Positions 1 through 12,512 of a DNA stretch of 64,000 nt are shown piece by piece. The position numbers and the translations under genes were made by a program. Positions within the stretch are counted from its first letter, which is position 1; each line of letters opens with the position of its first letter. The notes beneath the pieces were generated by a model. That model was not told the DNA's origin and made no database searches. It worked only from the letters and a program-made list of their open reading frames with translations. The DNA is from Bugula neritina (lineage: Eukaryota; Animalia; Bryozoa), in NCBI GenBank assembly GCA_964035545.1, contig OZ037766.1:8608722-8672721 (forward strand), read 5' to 3'.

Positions 1-266
1 AAATATTAAAACCTATATTAATAGCAAAATTTAAATGTAATATAAAACAAAACTTACATTGCCATTACATTAAATTGGAATACAAATCATTTTCAATGAG
101 GGCTTCAATAACATTAAAATATCTTTAGTCTTGAGTCCAAAATAAAAATATGGCTACAGCATTTTGAAGTTAGCATTTGCAGCTAACAATAAAACAGAAA
201 TGTTTGGAGTCTATCAGATAATTAATGTAGGAATAATAAAAATATGAATATTTCATCTATCCAAGC

Positions 267-3200
267 TCAGGAATTAGTTTGAGAAAGAACATTCTCAACC
301 TTGATCATGATATTTTCCAGTTCATTGGCTTTTATCACAATAATTTCTCGTAATGGTTCATACTGATCTTCTAGTTCTGAATCCCATTGCTGTACCACAC
401 CACTGTCGCGTTCTTCTGCAACTGTGAAGGTAGCTTTAAACTCTGCTGCCTGCAACAAATGTTAAAGATAGTCATAAAATCTTGTGTAGCTATAATTTAC
501 AAAATTTTACACCGTTTTTAAATGACAGGAAATAAAAAGTTGAAGGCAATTATGGGCACTGTTGTGAAACCTACACAATATTATAAATAATTATTAATAT
601 ATAAATCTAGGAAATTAGAGGGCAGTAGTGGTCTAGGGGTTAGAGCACTGGTTTAGTAAATCTATAGCCTAGTCATGGGTCCCCAGTAAAGGCCATTGGT
701 GGTGTTAGGAAGAGCATCCAGTCATAATTGCTCCTTTGCCGCATGTGGCTGATGGAACAAAAAACCTTTCTATCAAGGTTTCTCACAGGGGTAGTGATAA
801 TAAACTATAAAGGTTTTATAGATCTAAGAAATTCACACCTCTGCAAAAAATTCTTCTTCCCCATTGCTATATATTTCTGATTCTAGAGGCTTCTTTGATC
901 TGCGTTTTTTCCCAGGTTTTGGGAGGGTTTTCATTCTAAACTTCTTAGCTACCATGATGTAGTGACTGCAATGGTAATCCTCTCCTTTCTGGTTAGCAGT
1001 GTTCATTTCTTGTCTATATAAAATAATGAAAATTTAGAGCTCGAATGATGCCAACCAATTGATTCAGGACATAGCACAAAAACAAACTCATTTTCAATTT
1101 AAGAATTAATGAAAATATTGACCTGATGGATTGGAATGAGGGTACAGCAATTTGTGCTGGAATATTAACGAATCGTTCATTGATTAACCATCCAATATTA
1201 TTACTGGGATTCTCTAGAATAGCTTGTAATTGGCTAGCAGAGCTCTTGGAATTGGCTAACTTCTGGAGCCAATGCTTCTTGATCTGATCAGTACATGGTT
1301 TATCCTAACAAATGCATAATATCCATATACTACATGCAAGTAAGTATAAATGTTTCTAAAACAGCCCAACCTACATATCGTAATCATACAAGTTTTTATA
1401 GATGCGGAAACAGTTAGCGTATTCGAGGCTCAAATCGGCTTAAAGAACAATAATGCTCTTTCAAAAGCATGAACTGCCCTGTAAATAATACATAAATATA
1501 TTCACTTTAATTTTATTGCTAATGCCAATCTTAGATTACAAATCCAACAGTCATAATATTTCACTAAAAACTTTAACAAAGTCACTTTTGTTAGAAATAT
1601 AACTATTCACCACAATAAACATACCTTATATTTAGTAATGTTTAGGCAAGTTATGACACCATATACTTGGTTAACATCCTCTTCCATGCTACTCTCATCC
1701 TCATCATCGTCTCCATCATCCAAATATTGCTGAAATAAGCAGATCACAAATAAAACCCTTTTTGGGAGAATATAAACTGTCAAAAGCAATTAGTCACTAA
1801 TTAGAGGCTTGCAATATTTTATTTTACCTAGCACAATACTATGGCTTCAGAAAAATATATAAATTTCTTTGATACACTAAGTTTCTTATGAATGCATTAT
1901 GTAAGATAAAATGATACTAAAGCAGTGCCACTTTTTGGGCATTCTGTATAACATTGGTACAGAGTGTATAACATTATATTGATTAGAGCAAGTGAATCTC
2001 AAGTCCTTGATGATACAAAAGAGTACTAGATGGCTGATGGCCTTCAAATAAGCAACGAGTCTCTACACACTCTTATGTATGCTAGTTTATTAGGTGTAGG
2101 AGCACTGCATATTAAAAGATAACTATAAATCGCGGATGTTGACAAATAATTCCCACCTTGATAACACTTCCAACATATTTCTGGGTAAGGATCCAATCAG
2201 TTATGGCTGAGATATCAATGTTGGACTTCAGAAATAACTACAAAACATAAAAGTTTTCACATATAAATGACTAAAGAATATAAATTCATGTAACAACAAT
2301 AAAGGTTTAAAATTCAAATAGACTTGCGCATACTATCAATATACATACCTGAAGTAGAAGTTGTCTTATGCCGTGGAAGTCTGCTTCTTCAGGGTTTCTA
2401 GCCTCAAACTCTACATTCACTTTCTGCAAAATAAAACCAATATTGATGCTATTTGTGAACTTGAAGCAAAGCTTATATAAACATAGCAGGAGATATTGTT
2501 TATAACATAAGAGTAAATTCATGTAAAACAGAATAATTTATTTTAATAGATTTATGCAATTATGAATTGCTATAGAGGTGAGGTGAGATATCAAAATAAA
2601 AAACAGATGAAAAAACAATTCTTTTCCTACATTTTGAGTCAACTTTTTCAATACTGCTTCATTATGGAACATATGATGATATGCTAAATTAGAATAGTTT
2701 GTCATCAAACATTAAATCAAATGGTCATCGAAAAGAACACTTTTCTACTTTTGAAATAAATTCTGTTACACTAATTCATTAGTTAGAAACATATTTACTA
2801 CTACACAGTAACTGTAATTGCTATAATTAACTTAGCTTACATTATGATTATGAATACAGTGATGATAATTACAATCAATATGAGGCATGAATATGATGTT
2901 GATTTATCACTTCATTATCCTTATGATCATTGTTAGTAATATTACTACTTCATTGTACTTATAGCTATACTTATGGTTTTAGCTTAATCAATGAAAAGTT
3001 TCAGTTGCATTAGACTTAGTATCTGTAAGTGTACTGCTGTTAGACTTGAGAGTTAGCATTCATATTATTAGATTTAGCAAATGTTTTACTCATGTTTTAT
3101 TCAGCATAAGTATTACTATTAGCATTACTATTACTACTGCATTTATGATTTACAATCATCAGATTGATAATATTAATATTACAATATAAAAGTAAATATA

Positions 3201-4159
3201 ATAATTATAATTATAACCTGATTACAGTTAAAGTGATGATAGTAAAGATGATCAAAATAAATTATTTGAAGACTACGTCCAGTCTCGGGTCTAACTCTAA
3301 GACTAATGACTATGACTATGAGTAATGATTATCATCATTATCGTAACATAAAATATTAAGATTAATAAATTTGATTCAATTATCTATCACTGTGAATATG
3401 ATTATCATAAGCCTTAGGCTATCATGATTATACTTACACTTACAGCTTTTATTGATTTTGATAATTCAAACTTGGTCATTTTGAATTTTGCCATTCTCTA
3501 AAGTTTTAGTTTATTTTCTCTCTGAATTTCGCTGCGTCTTCTAGTTCTAAATCTTTATCTTAATCTTATTCTTAAACTCGAAGTTAATGAATAAATGTAA
3601 ATTGAAGTTGAACTTCTAAGTTAATCTTCAACTTCTACTTTTATTAAAACTATACAATACTAATACTATTAGTATTGTATAGTTTTAATAAAAGTAAAAA
3701 TTGAAGATCAACTTAGAAGTTCAACTTCAATTTACATTTATTCATCAAGTTTAACTAATAACTTCGAGTTTAAGAATAAGATTAAGATAAAGATAGTCAT
3801 AGTAATAAAATCAAAAATAAAATAAACTTAAAAGTTAAAGTAAAACGAAAAGCGTTACTGGTTACAGTTACTCATAGTCGTACTGATACAATTACATCAT
3901 ACTAATACTGTCACTAACAGTAACACTAACAGTAACAGTAACTGTCAGTTTAACTTTTGCTTCAAGTTTATTTCAATTGTACCTCTGTAACTTCCATTTC
4001 ACTGTCATCGTCTTCCATGTCAGAACCTTCGGAACTACTACTGTGATCAGCACCTTCATCATCATCCATTTCAATGCAATCATCTCCATTTTTATAGCTT
4101 TTTTCTAGAGTTTCATCAGTTTCCAAATCAACGCGTGTCTTTTTCTTGGAGGTAGCCAT
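267..4159 (-). CDS. BCCIP: BRCA2 and CDKN1A-interacting protein (BCCIP/Bcp1), 7 coding exons
   Basis: Approximate exons: 3983-4159, 2349-2422, 2157-2238, 1625-1730, 1123-1305, 838-1013, 267-451. The splice gives an acidic N-terminus, VNVEFEARNPEEADFHGIRQLLLQLF, YVGSVIK, VYGVITCLN, IGWLINERFVNIPAQIAVP and YSNGEEEFF, all hallmark BCCIP motifs. Confidence 0.93.
620..808 (+). mobile_element. tRNA-derived SINE, copy 1 (in the last BCCIP intron, antisense to the gene)
   Basis: Starts GGGCAGTAGTGGTCTAGGGGTTAGAGCACTGG (Pol III A-box), has a degenerate B-box, and continues CCCCAGTAAAGGCCATTGGTGGTGTTAGGAAGAGCATCCAGTCATAATTGCTCC. Aligns along its length with copy 2 at 44100-44302. Confidence 0.85.
2790..3965. 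repeat. Degenerate 6-bp periodic (AnTnWn) domain in BCCIP intron 1
   Basis: Runs such as ACTAACAGTAACACTAACAGTAACAGTAACTGT and GACTATGACTATGAGTAATGATTATCATCATTATC, immediately downstream of exon 1. Confidence 0.8.
3551..3794. repeat. Long near-perfect inverted repeat (hairpin/cruciform)
   Basis: Left arm 3551-3664, 3-nt loop ACT at 3665-3667, right arm 3668-3794 with a few mismatches and a ~13-nt insertion. Confidence 0.92.
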
Positions 4160-4248
4160 GTTGAAAAGTGCAAGGACAAGCTAGGTTTATAACCTCAGCT
4201 AAAAAATAACCCAAAATTGTGCTTTTTGTGGCGAGCAGTGTGAATGGC

Positions 4249-4269
4249 TCTATAAGCAGCTCCGAGTTG
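4249..4269 (-). promoter_or_regulatory. Shared promoter motif CAACTCGGAGCTGCTTATAGA upstream of BCCIP
   Basis: 21/21 identical to 26398-26418; lies 90 bp upstream of the BCCIP ATG in the BCCIP/DXO divergent gap. Confidence 0.65.
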
Positions 4270-4570
4270 TTGGTGAATGAATGCAGTGGTTTGGGGGTAT
4301 CGAACTGAGCAGCATTACTAAGGTCAAGGTGATACTGTGACGCTAGAAACAGCACAAAATCGGGGATGCTCATCGAGCGCAGTGTTTGTTTAGATACAGT
4401 TGTTCAAACTCGTACCCCCACCACTTCATTTGGTGGTAATAAATTTTGTGCTGCTTCTAGCGAACTTCGACACTTTCGCTCTGGGAATGGAACATTAGTT
4501 TCAATAATTATTGAAGATAATATTCAATACAATATTCAATTGTTATTCATGAAACTTAAACTTAAAGTTA

Positions 4571-5785
4571 ATGAGTATTAATATGGCCTCGCAAGCTTCG
4601 AGCTTTCTTAACTTGGTTGCTGATATACAGTTTTTAGAAAAGCAGCCTTTTCCAAAATACAGGAAACCTAAAGAATTAGCCATCTTCTCAACCAAGCTTA
4701 AGCACAGTGAGGATAAGGATCAGGATGGTCATGTTCATGTTGAACATAAAGAAGCTCAAGCTGCAGACGCAGTAACGCAAGATTCAGATTGGTGGTCACA
4801 ATATTGCACTATTCATGATGACAAACGAGATCTGCACCCAGATCCATCGTTTCATAGGATGGTGTTTTCAGAGTTCAATTTAGGTGAACATTTTGAATTG
4901 GATCTTAATGTGGGATTTAGAACTCAAATTAAGAAAGAACGTGATAATGAATTCATGAATATCTTGTTAGCAAGCATAAAACTAAATGATCTAATAGGAC
5001 GGTCAGAATTTGTTAGCTGGCGTGGATTACTAACTAGAATTTGCAGCTCACCATATGATGTGGTTAATAGATTTGATGATGGCCTGATTGTTGTTGTTCA
5101 AAAGCTGAATGGTGTTTATTATATGCATGAGTTTCCGACTGAATCAGCTATAAAAAAGGAAGAGTTTCAAACAGAGCACCAAAAGTTGATGCAATATTGG
5201 GGTATGAAATTTGAATCATACGTAACGGCTAAGCCTGCTCAGCAGCCAAAAGTGGACGAACCGTTAAACTTCAACAACGAGTTTGGATCAATCGTATATA
5301 CCAAACTAGACTCACATTCTATGATGTTTGGTGGAGAAGTAGATTGTTGTCACCCTAATGACACGAAAAAGTACATCGAACTGAAAACCACAAAACAATT
5401 TGAGCATGCCAGACAAGAATCATCATTTCGAAAATTCAAATTAATCAAGTGGTGGCTACAGTCTTTTCTTATAGGGATTGATGATATACTATGTGGATAT
5501 CGAGATGATAATGGGATTATTCGCCATTGTGAATGGTATCGTATTGCAGACATTCCTTATTTGTTGAAGAAAGACCCTAATCACTGCAAACCATCTGTAT
5601 GCTTTGCATTTCTAAACATGTTCTTGGATTTTATTAAATGTAATGTTCAAGCCGAGCTTAAGCCACATGTTTTTATTCGGCAACCCAAAGACAATCAATT
5701 TCTAATGAAAGTAGACGAGACTGGACACTACAAGTTTTTACCATATTGGTTTGTTGCAGAAGCTATTGGAAATAAGACAATGTAA
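4571..5785 (+). CDS. DXO: Decapping exoribonuclease DXO/Dom3Z/Rai1 family, single exon (start may be ATG 4583)
   Basis: 404-aa ORF with FVSWRGLLT, YWGMKFE, GEVDC, YIELKT, KWWLQSFLIG and GYRDDNG, which together form the DXO/Rai1 active-site motif series. Confidence 0.95.
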   Translation: MSINMASQASSFLNLVADIQFLEKQPFPKYRKPKELAIFSTKLKHSEDKDQDGHVHVEHKEAQAADAVTQDSDWWSQYCTIHDDKRDLHPDPSFHRMVFSEFNLGEHFELDLNVGFRTQIKKERDNEFMNILLASIKLNDLIGRSEFVSWRGLLTRICSSPYDVVNRFDDGLIVVVQKLNGVYYMHEFPTESAIKKEEFQTEHQKLMQYWGMKFESYVTAKPAQQPKVDEPLNFNNEFGSIVYTKLDSHSMMFGGEVDCCHPNDTKKYIELKTTKQFEHARQESSFRKFKLIKWWLQSFLIGIDDILCGYRDDNGIIRHCEWYRIADIPYLLKKDPNHCKPSVCFAFLNMFLDFIKCNVQAELKPHVFIRQPKDNQFLMKVDETGHYKFLPYWFVAEAIGNKTM

Positions 5786-6145
5786 TGCAAAATTTTAATT
5801 TATGAATATATTTAGATGTATGCCAGGAGACTTTATATGCAACAGTACTTTTTTCTATAATAATGCAATTAAAATAAAATTAGCTTCTAAATTGTTTGTG
5901 GAATTTTTAATAAATTAATTTCTTTCAAGCAACACATGTATATATAATATAGCCTCACTATTGGTGAATTACATGATGATAAAATACAATTGATAGTAAT
6001 TAAATAGCAGTGCATTTATTTATGTACAGTATACTACAATTTCAGAATATAGTATAAGAACGAAGTATGCTTACTATAAAAAGATATGGACAGATCTTAA
6101 CCAAGTAATTTTAAACAATTAACATTTAAATCTGGCTAACTAGAC

Positions 6146-9100
6146 TCAAGGGACTTGTGTGGGAGATTGACCTAATGGTACAGAATGACACAAAGTTTCA
6201 ATTGGTTCTGCTTCAAGTCGTTCATCGTCTACTTTTTTGAGTAAATTTTCAACAACATCTGAGTCTGACTTGGTATGTGTTGAAACCAAACCAACGCCCA
6301 ATGACGATCTTATTTTGGATTCATCAGATATATCACTTGGAATGGTCTGTTTAGTTAGACCAACAAGATCATCCTGGACATCTTGGGCTAATTTATCTTC
6401 CCGTTCTGATATGTCCCCGACCTTATCATTGTAACATGGCAGCGATAGTCTATTGGTTTGTAGTGTGTTTAGCTCGGTCAACTGGTCAGATACTTTTTCT
6501 AACTCATTTTGCGTAGAATTGGTCTTTTCAAAATGATCCAAAAATGAAGTATCTATGCCAAGTTCAGCAATAGATTTCATTGATTCATAGTTAATGGCTG
6601 GTGTAGCAGGAAAAGATGAAGATTGGGTAGAAGGAGACTTTGATGCCTCAACTTGAGAGTTTGGAACGTGTGCCTTCAAAGCTTTTATTGCCTCTTGCCG
6701 TTGCTGCTCGACTTCTTTAGCAGCAAGCTCCCGTGTCTCTTTCAATATATTTTGGGCCTAAAAAATTAAGAAAAGCAAAAACACTTATTAATTCATCTAC
6801 ATTTGAAATATCTAAAATAAAATTATCACTTGCTGACAATACAAGTTTCGGTGATTGATAAATGTAATATTAACTACTGCTAGTAAAACTGTACATTTTA
6901 ACTATAATTTTAAGTTGAACATGCCTCTGTGTGTTTTCCACCAGTCCATAAATTAGCCAGACTGTCTATTGTATTTATTAGTTCATCACTTCCATCAGCA
7001 ACAAAGGAACGTAGACTCTGTATGTAGTCAAGGCCGTTTTGGGAACCATAAAATGAAAGCACCATGTCTGACTCAGTCTTGCTCAATGTAGAGAATGTAG
7101 AATCGTGGGTTGGTGCTCCACTAGAGAATGGCCCATAATTCAAATACTGTACCAGTTTCATATCGGTGCTTTCATCATCAGCCGGTATACTTTCCAAATA
7201 TGGAACACCTACCAAGATTATAAAAGTAATAAGCTATTGGAAAAATATCAAGCAAATTATGTTAAATTCGTAATGAAACATAAATCATACAGTTGGTCTA
7301 AAGTTGATCTACAGAAACTAATCAAATATATGTGATTCAAAACTATACTTGAATGTTTACCTGCTTTTAGCTTGTTAACTTTTTCACCAAGAGTAACAAT
7401 TTTCTCTTTGTCATTGATAAAACCAGTGTTATCTGGATTCAAGACGTTCAAATAAGTTGTCCCATCTTCCTCCATTCGAAGGAATCCAAATTTAGCGTTT
7501 GGTTGGCACCTTTTCAAATTATTTTCTGCTTCTGTAGCTCGCTCCTATAGTAGCCGAAAAGCCAGAGAGTATTTAAAAATCAAGTTTTTCCAACATAATA
7601 GATATAAAAAATGTTCAAATTAATGTGCACAGTTATGCTAGAGTCTAAAGTTTGCTTTTTGAGGTTCATTTAACAAAAATCACGACATACCTTAGCCATG
7701 GCAATAATATCTTTAGCAGGTAAATGGTCTGGTATAGGTTCAAAAGTCAAATAAGAGTTAACATCACGCTGTTTCTTCTGCTGTCTAGAAGCAGCTATAT
7801 AATCACTTGCATCGACATCTAAATGTAAAGACAACTCCAAGTCTGTAAGTGAGGACATCATTGGCTGATTTCTTCTGAGAGAAAGTAATCTGTCTTTACT
7901 TAATGTTCTCATAGCATATTCCAACAGCTTCTGGGCAGCCTAAAACCATTTTATCACATAGCTACATTAAACTCATACTTGTTGAATAAATTTTGGCCTG
8001 CATAAAGATAATTTCCAATCTAATTACATTATATGAAAGATCAGCACATAAAATTTCCAAGAATACAAGATACTCCTGTTTAATATTAAATGGTTTTTTT
8101 ATTTTGTAGCTTGCAAACTTGCTAAAATAGATTAGCTGTGACACTTAAGAGGCAATATATTTTACCAAAGTACTGATAACTGCCACATTTTTCAACATTT
8201 AGTTGAAATTTTCATCAGAGGTCAATAACTTAGATGTACCTTGTAATAAACAGTATCCGGATGATTGTAATTCATAGCATTTACACATATGAGTTTGACA
8301 TCTCCCTTGTATTCCATAATGCTTGTATACTCTTTTTTATCAATTTTTTCTTTCATTGTGCTGAAATCCATGGGATTTTTGATGACCTAAATTGAGAGCT
8401 AAGAATGTAAGAAATGTAATTAAAAGTTATAAAATTGGTGTATTACTCACAACAGAGGCAGCGTATGCTGTGAGAAGTGCTTGAGCCAACAATTCAACAA
8501 TAAATAAGCAAATTGATATGAACTAAATTGTGCAAGACAATGTTCTAATAAATACTCTATAACAGTCATCTTTTTTATTGTATGTTACTCACAACCTAGT
8601 ATTTATTCACTATAATAGATTATGAAGAATAGAAATACCAGAAAATGCACATTAGCAAGATGATGTCATAATCTACATTTCTTGCGCATTGATACATTAA
8701 AATAATGCTAACAACTGCTGATGCAGTTTCCAAATCCTGATACTCACATGGCTGTAATCGGGAGCTATCATATCATTGATTGGAAATGCAAAAAAATGTT
8801 GTGTGTCTCTCTTCTCTATAAGTTTATGCAAATACAGCAACGTATCTTGCAGCGCATTGTTGTGGGGTTTGGGTGATGGAGCACGGTGACGGTCCCGCAA
8901 ATTTCTTTCAGCTGGTACAAAATCATTTGCAGTTATCCCTAAAGTAATAGTTCAAAGTTTTTACAAGTTCAACAAAATGAAGTTAGTTCAACAGAAATAT
9001 TTTTTCAATGTATTAAATATATTATTTGAGCTTAATTAAAAAAATCATTATATAACCAGTTACTAGCAAACTAACAATAAGCATAATGACTATTAATATC

Positions 9101-9509
9101 AAAATATATAGATAATTCAACAGAATGAATAACAGGGTGTCAAATTTAAAAGTAATATATAACAATAAACAAATGAGCTTCTTGACAATAACTAATCTGA
9201 AAGTAAACGGCTAATTCTTGCTCAACAGCGACTACATGAAAAGATGTTGCCCATGCATTAAAATTTACCTTTCTTTGATGGTGTGGGTGTAGGAGGTGAC
9301 TGACGACCAATTCCGGTGGTACGACTCTTCTTGTTACTTGATCTACCTAAACTCTTGTCATCATCAGAGTCTTGTGAGACAGCAGAAGTGCTGGGACTAG
9401 TTGGCCTACTGGTTGCATGGTCAGCAGCACTCACTTTCAAAACCATTTTCAACGAACTCTTTGGGTCAGAAATGTCTTTACGCGAGCGTTTAGCAGCACG
9501 TTTCACCAT
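6146..9509 (-). CDS. Bromodomain-containing protein BRD7/BRD9 family, ~7 exons
   Basis: N-terminal LKMVLKV; spliced bromodomain FFAFPINDMIAPDYSH|VIKNPMDFSTMKEKI...ICVNAMNYNHPDTVYYK|AAQKLL; DUF3512-type YLNYGPFSSGAPTHDSTFSTLSKTESDMV; C-terminal LQTNRLS. BRD7 and BRD9 cannot be distinguished here. Confidence 0.92.
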
Positions 9510-9834
9510 GTTTATAAGCTTGTTTTCCCAGATGAGGTTCAAATACTACAAACTATGTATGGAAGGACTTAATACTTAGTTTGAAAACCACTCTTTAGAG
9601 TTTGGCATATACTAACAACTTTGGGCAATCACTGTAAAATTTCTGGACTTTTACAGATTATCAATTATTACGAAAAAAATGTCAGCTTCTGATGCTGGTA
9701 GAGCCAATATCGACTAAGCTATATTTCACAGAGTAGTTGTATCTATTTCCGTATTATATGATAGAAAGGTAAACAAAAATCGCCACGGTTATTTAAAATA
9801 TTTTATGGCTTATGTTCGTCTTCAGAGTGGTTAT

Positions 9835-11110
9835 ATTTTAATTACCATTAGTATTACTATATTCAGTAATCAGCTTTATCATTATGGTGATTGATTATAG
9901 TTATAGTTATACAGTTATAACTATAAGGCAAATGCTGCAGAAAATAAAATCCTATAATAATTGTCATGCTGATACTGATAGTTATAGCCATTGACCAGCT
10001 ACATAAACCCAATTTTCAAATTCATTGTCATCATGTATTTTAAATCATCAAACAGTATCAAAGGTATAGAGTCAGATACTCATATTGATAGTGAAATATA
10101 TGTGCTTGTGAAATTCAGAACTCGAATGTGTTTTCTTAAATTCAATTTTATCGCTTTTTTCCTATAACTTTTAATATGAGACTGAGTATCAGTATCGCTC
10201 TCACTATAACTATAAGTATAAGACTTACACTCAGTTATAACTGACTTTAAGTTATAACTTATAAGTTATAAGTATCAGTATGAGCACGACTACCACATTC
10301 ACTTTCAGTTTCACTAGCAGTAACGCTAAGACTAACAGCAACAGTAAGACTTAGACTGTCAGTATCCCTATGGGCTATGAGTATGACAATCACTTTGACT
10401 ATGAGTACGACTATCAGTATCAGTAAGAGCACCAGTATAACTATAAGTATCAATAAGTCTGATTTAATAGCATTGCTAATCTAATCACAATGATATGATT
10501 ATGAGTAAATGTAATGACTAAATTAAAATGGGTAATAATTTATAATCACAATCATAATGATAATCTAAATCATCATCATAATGATAATAAATGATTATGA
10601 TCAATGAACTCAATAATAATAATATTACCCAGTTCAGTGATTAATTAATATTATCATTATGATAATCATAATGATAATGATAATGACTATGACCTAAGCT
10701 AAGGCTAATACTAATAGTAATACTAATAGTAATGGTAATACTATAGTAATGCTATTTAAATTTTGGTCATTTTTGAAAGTTCACAGAATTATCTAGTAGT
10801 AGTAATACACTATCAATAGTAATACTAATACTAATAGTAATACTAATAGTAATAGTATTCGGTAATCCTAAACACTAACACTAACAGTAAACTTAGAGTT
10901 AGTAATATTAATAATAATAGTCCTAGACCTATGAATATATAAAAATTTAAATATAACAAATATTCAACACATCGCTCTAAAACTACTACTAATACCATAA
11001 AATATTATAACTACATCTATAATATGACTTAATTTTATCAATTCATAGTTTCAGTTTGAGCTCATAGTTATTCAATATTCATATACTTCTAGTATTTAAA
11101 ATTCATGGAT
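9835..11110. repeat. Degenerate 6-bp periodic domain upstream of BRD7/9
   Basis: Examples: TATCAG TATGAG CACGAC TACCAC ATTCAC TTTCAG TTTCAC TAGCAG (from ~10273) and ACTAATAGTAATACTAATAGTAAT (from ~10710). Confidence 0.85.
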
Positions 11111-12512
11111 TAATTTCTTTCATTCTCAGATGTTGAAGGTACTAAAACAGAATTAAAACAAAGCGCTAAGCAGTTCGGTAAGATAACTCTTTATTATTTT
11201 ACTTTGCAAAGCTCCCAAGGAATAAGGAATATTATGTTTTCAAAACCGAAGATCCTTCGATTTCCTCAGCTTGATGTTCCACTTAGTTGGGTATGTTTTG
11301 TATATTTGAAGTAATGTGTTGTTTGATCCTGGCTTTTGTAAAGATATATGAAGTGAGTATATAAAGTTTTATTAAATACAGTACGAAATTGAATACACGG
11401 CTTCAAGACACAGCTTTCTGAAAAATTGTAAAAAGCCTTTGTGGTAGATGAAAAATGTAGCAATAGAAACCATGCTTTTAAAAAAGTTTCAATTCGCACC
11501 TAAACAAAATTTCATGAAAATAATTAAAGAACTTGGGCTATTGAAATAATTATGTACCATCACATGTTCAATTGCAACACTTTATCTCCTGCAGCTCACT
11601 CTCCCTATCTATTCCCAAAATATAGATGTGCTACACATTCTATATTTTATAGAGTCTTATATTTACAGTTTACACCTCTCTTGATTAATGACTAACCAAC
11701 TGCTAATAATATGCAAACAGTGAGAAGGTTTTTTTATCTCAAAATTGGCCACAAGCACTTTTATTCTGTTAGCATTAACAAACAATTCCATCCTCTGTAT
11801 TACTATTTTCTATACCTGCATGTCTGCTCAGGGCTTCAGGCTATATATCATTAATAATATTTGTCTCTCTGTGAACTCAATGCTGAGCTAAGATAATGCA
11901 TTGTGTATAATTATGTTACATCAAATTTCATCTGAATATCCAGTCTTAGCACATACACCAAGCAAATCCAATTTATATAACCTGAGCGAGCACTTGCCAC
12001 TCAAACATACCAATTTATATGGAGATGTTTGTATGTAGACTTTACACACAACAACATGCATTGTGAGTTTAGCGTTAGACTAGTAAGGAATTGGTTAATG
12101 TGCAGGTATGTTTGTTTAAACATAACCATAGAAGTATGCCAGCAAACTTTTATTTTACGATCTAATAAAAAGTGCCAAAGTTAAATTTTTCAAAACTTGT
12201 TTGAAAATAGTATATTCAGTAAAACTATAAAAATATCGGCATTGTAAGCACCATTATAACAAGTGAGCCATTCAGATGTCTATATATCAAAATTTTCAAC
12301 ATACCACAAACAATATTATTATATTAAAGTAGCTATATAATACAACGAATATTATATTATATGTTTGCATAACAAAGAGTATAGATAATTGATGACAAAA
12401 ATAAGATCTATTTTAATGAGCCATAGTCTCTACCATCACTAATAAGAAAATGATTAAGCTACCATAAAATGTAAAACATCTGAAAAATAATGTCGTTCTC
12501 GTTTGTTGAAAC

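Noticed and set aside
620-700. Possible tRNA gene (also 44225-44302, 52545-52600, ~61915-61990)
   Set aside because: No complete cloverleaf. The first two are SINE heads; the others are too decayed to call.
10259-10453. I/L/V- or S/T-rich ORFs (also 50040-50231, 56884-57099, 58018-58203) resembling membrane peptides
   Set aside because: These are by-products of the hexamer periodicity, with no splice or homology support.
11690-12109. Telomerase RNA, RNase P/MRP or SRP RNA
   Set aside because: No CTAACCCT-type template and no convincing conserved P4 or SRP motifs.
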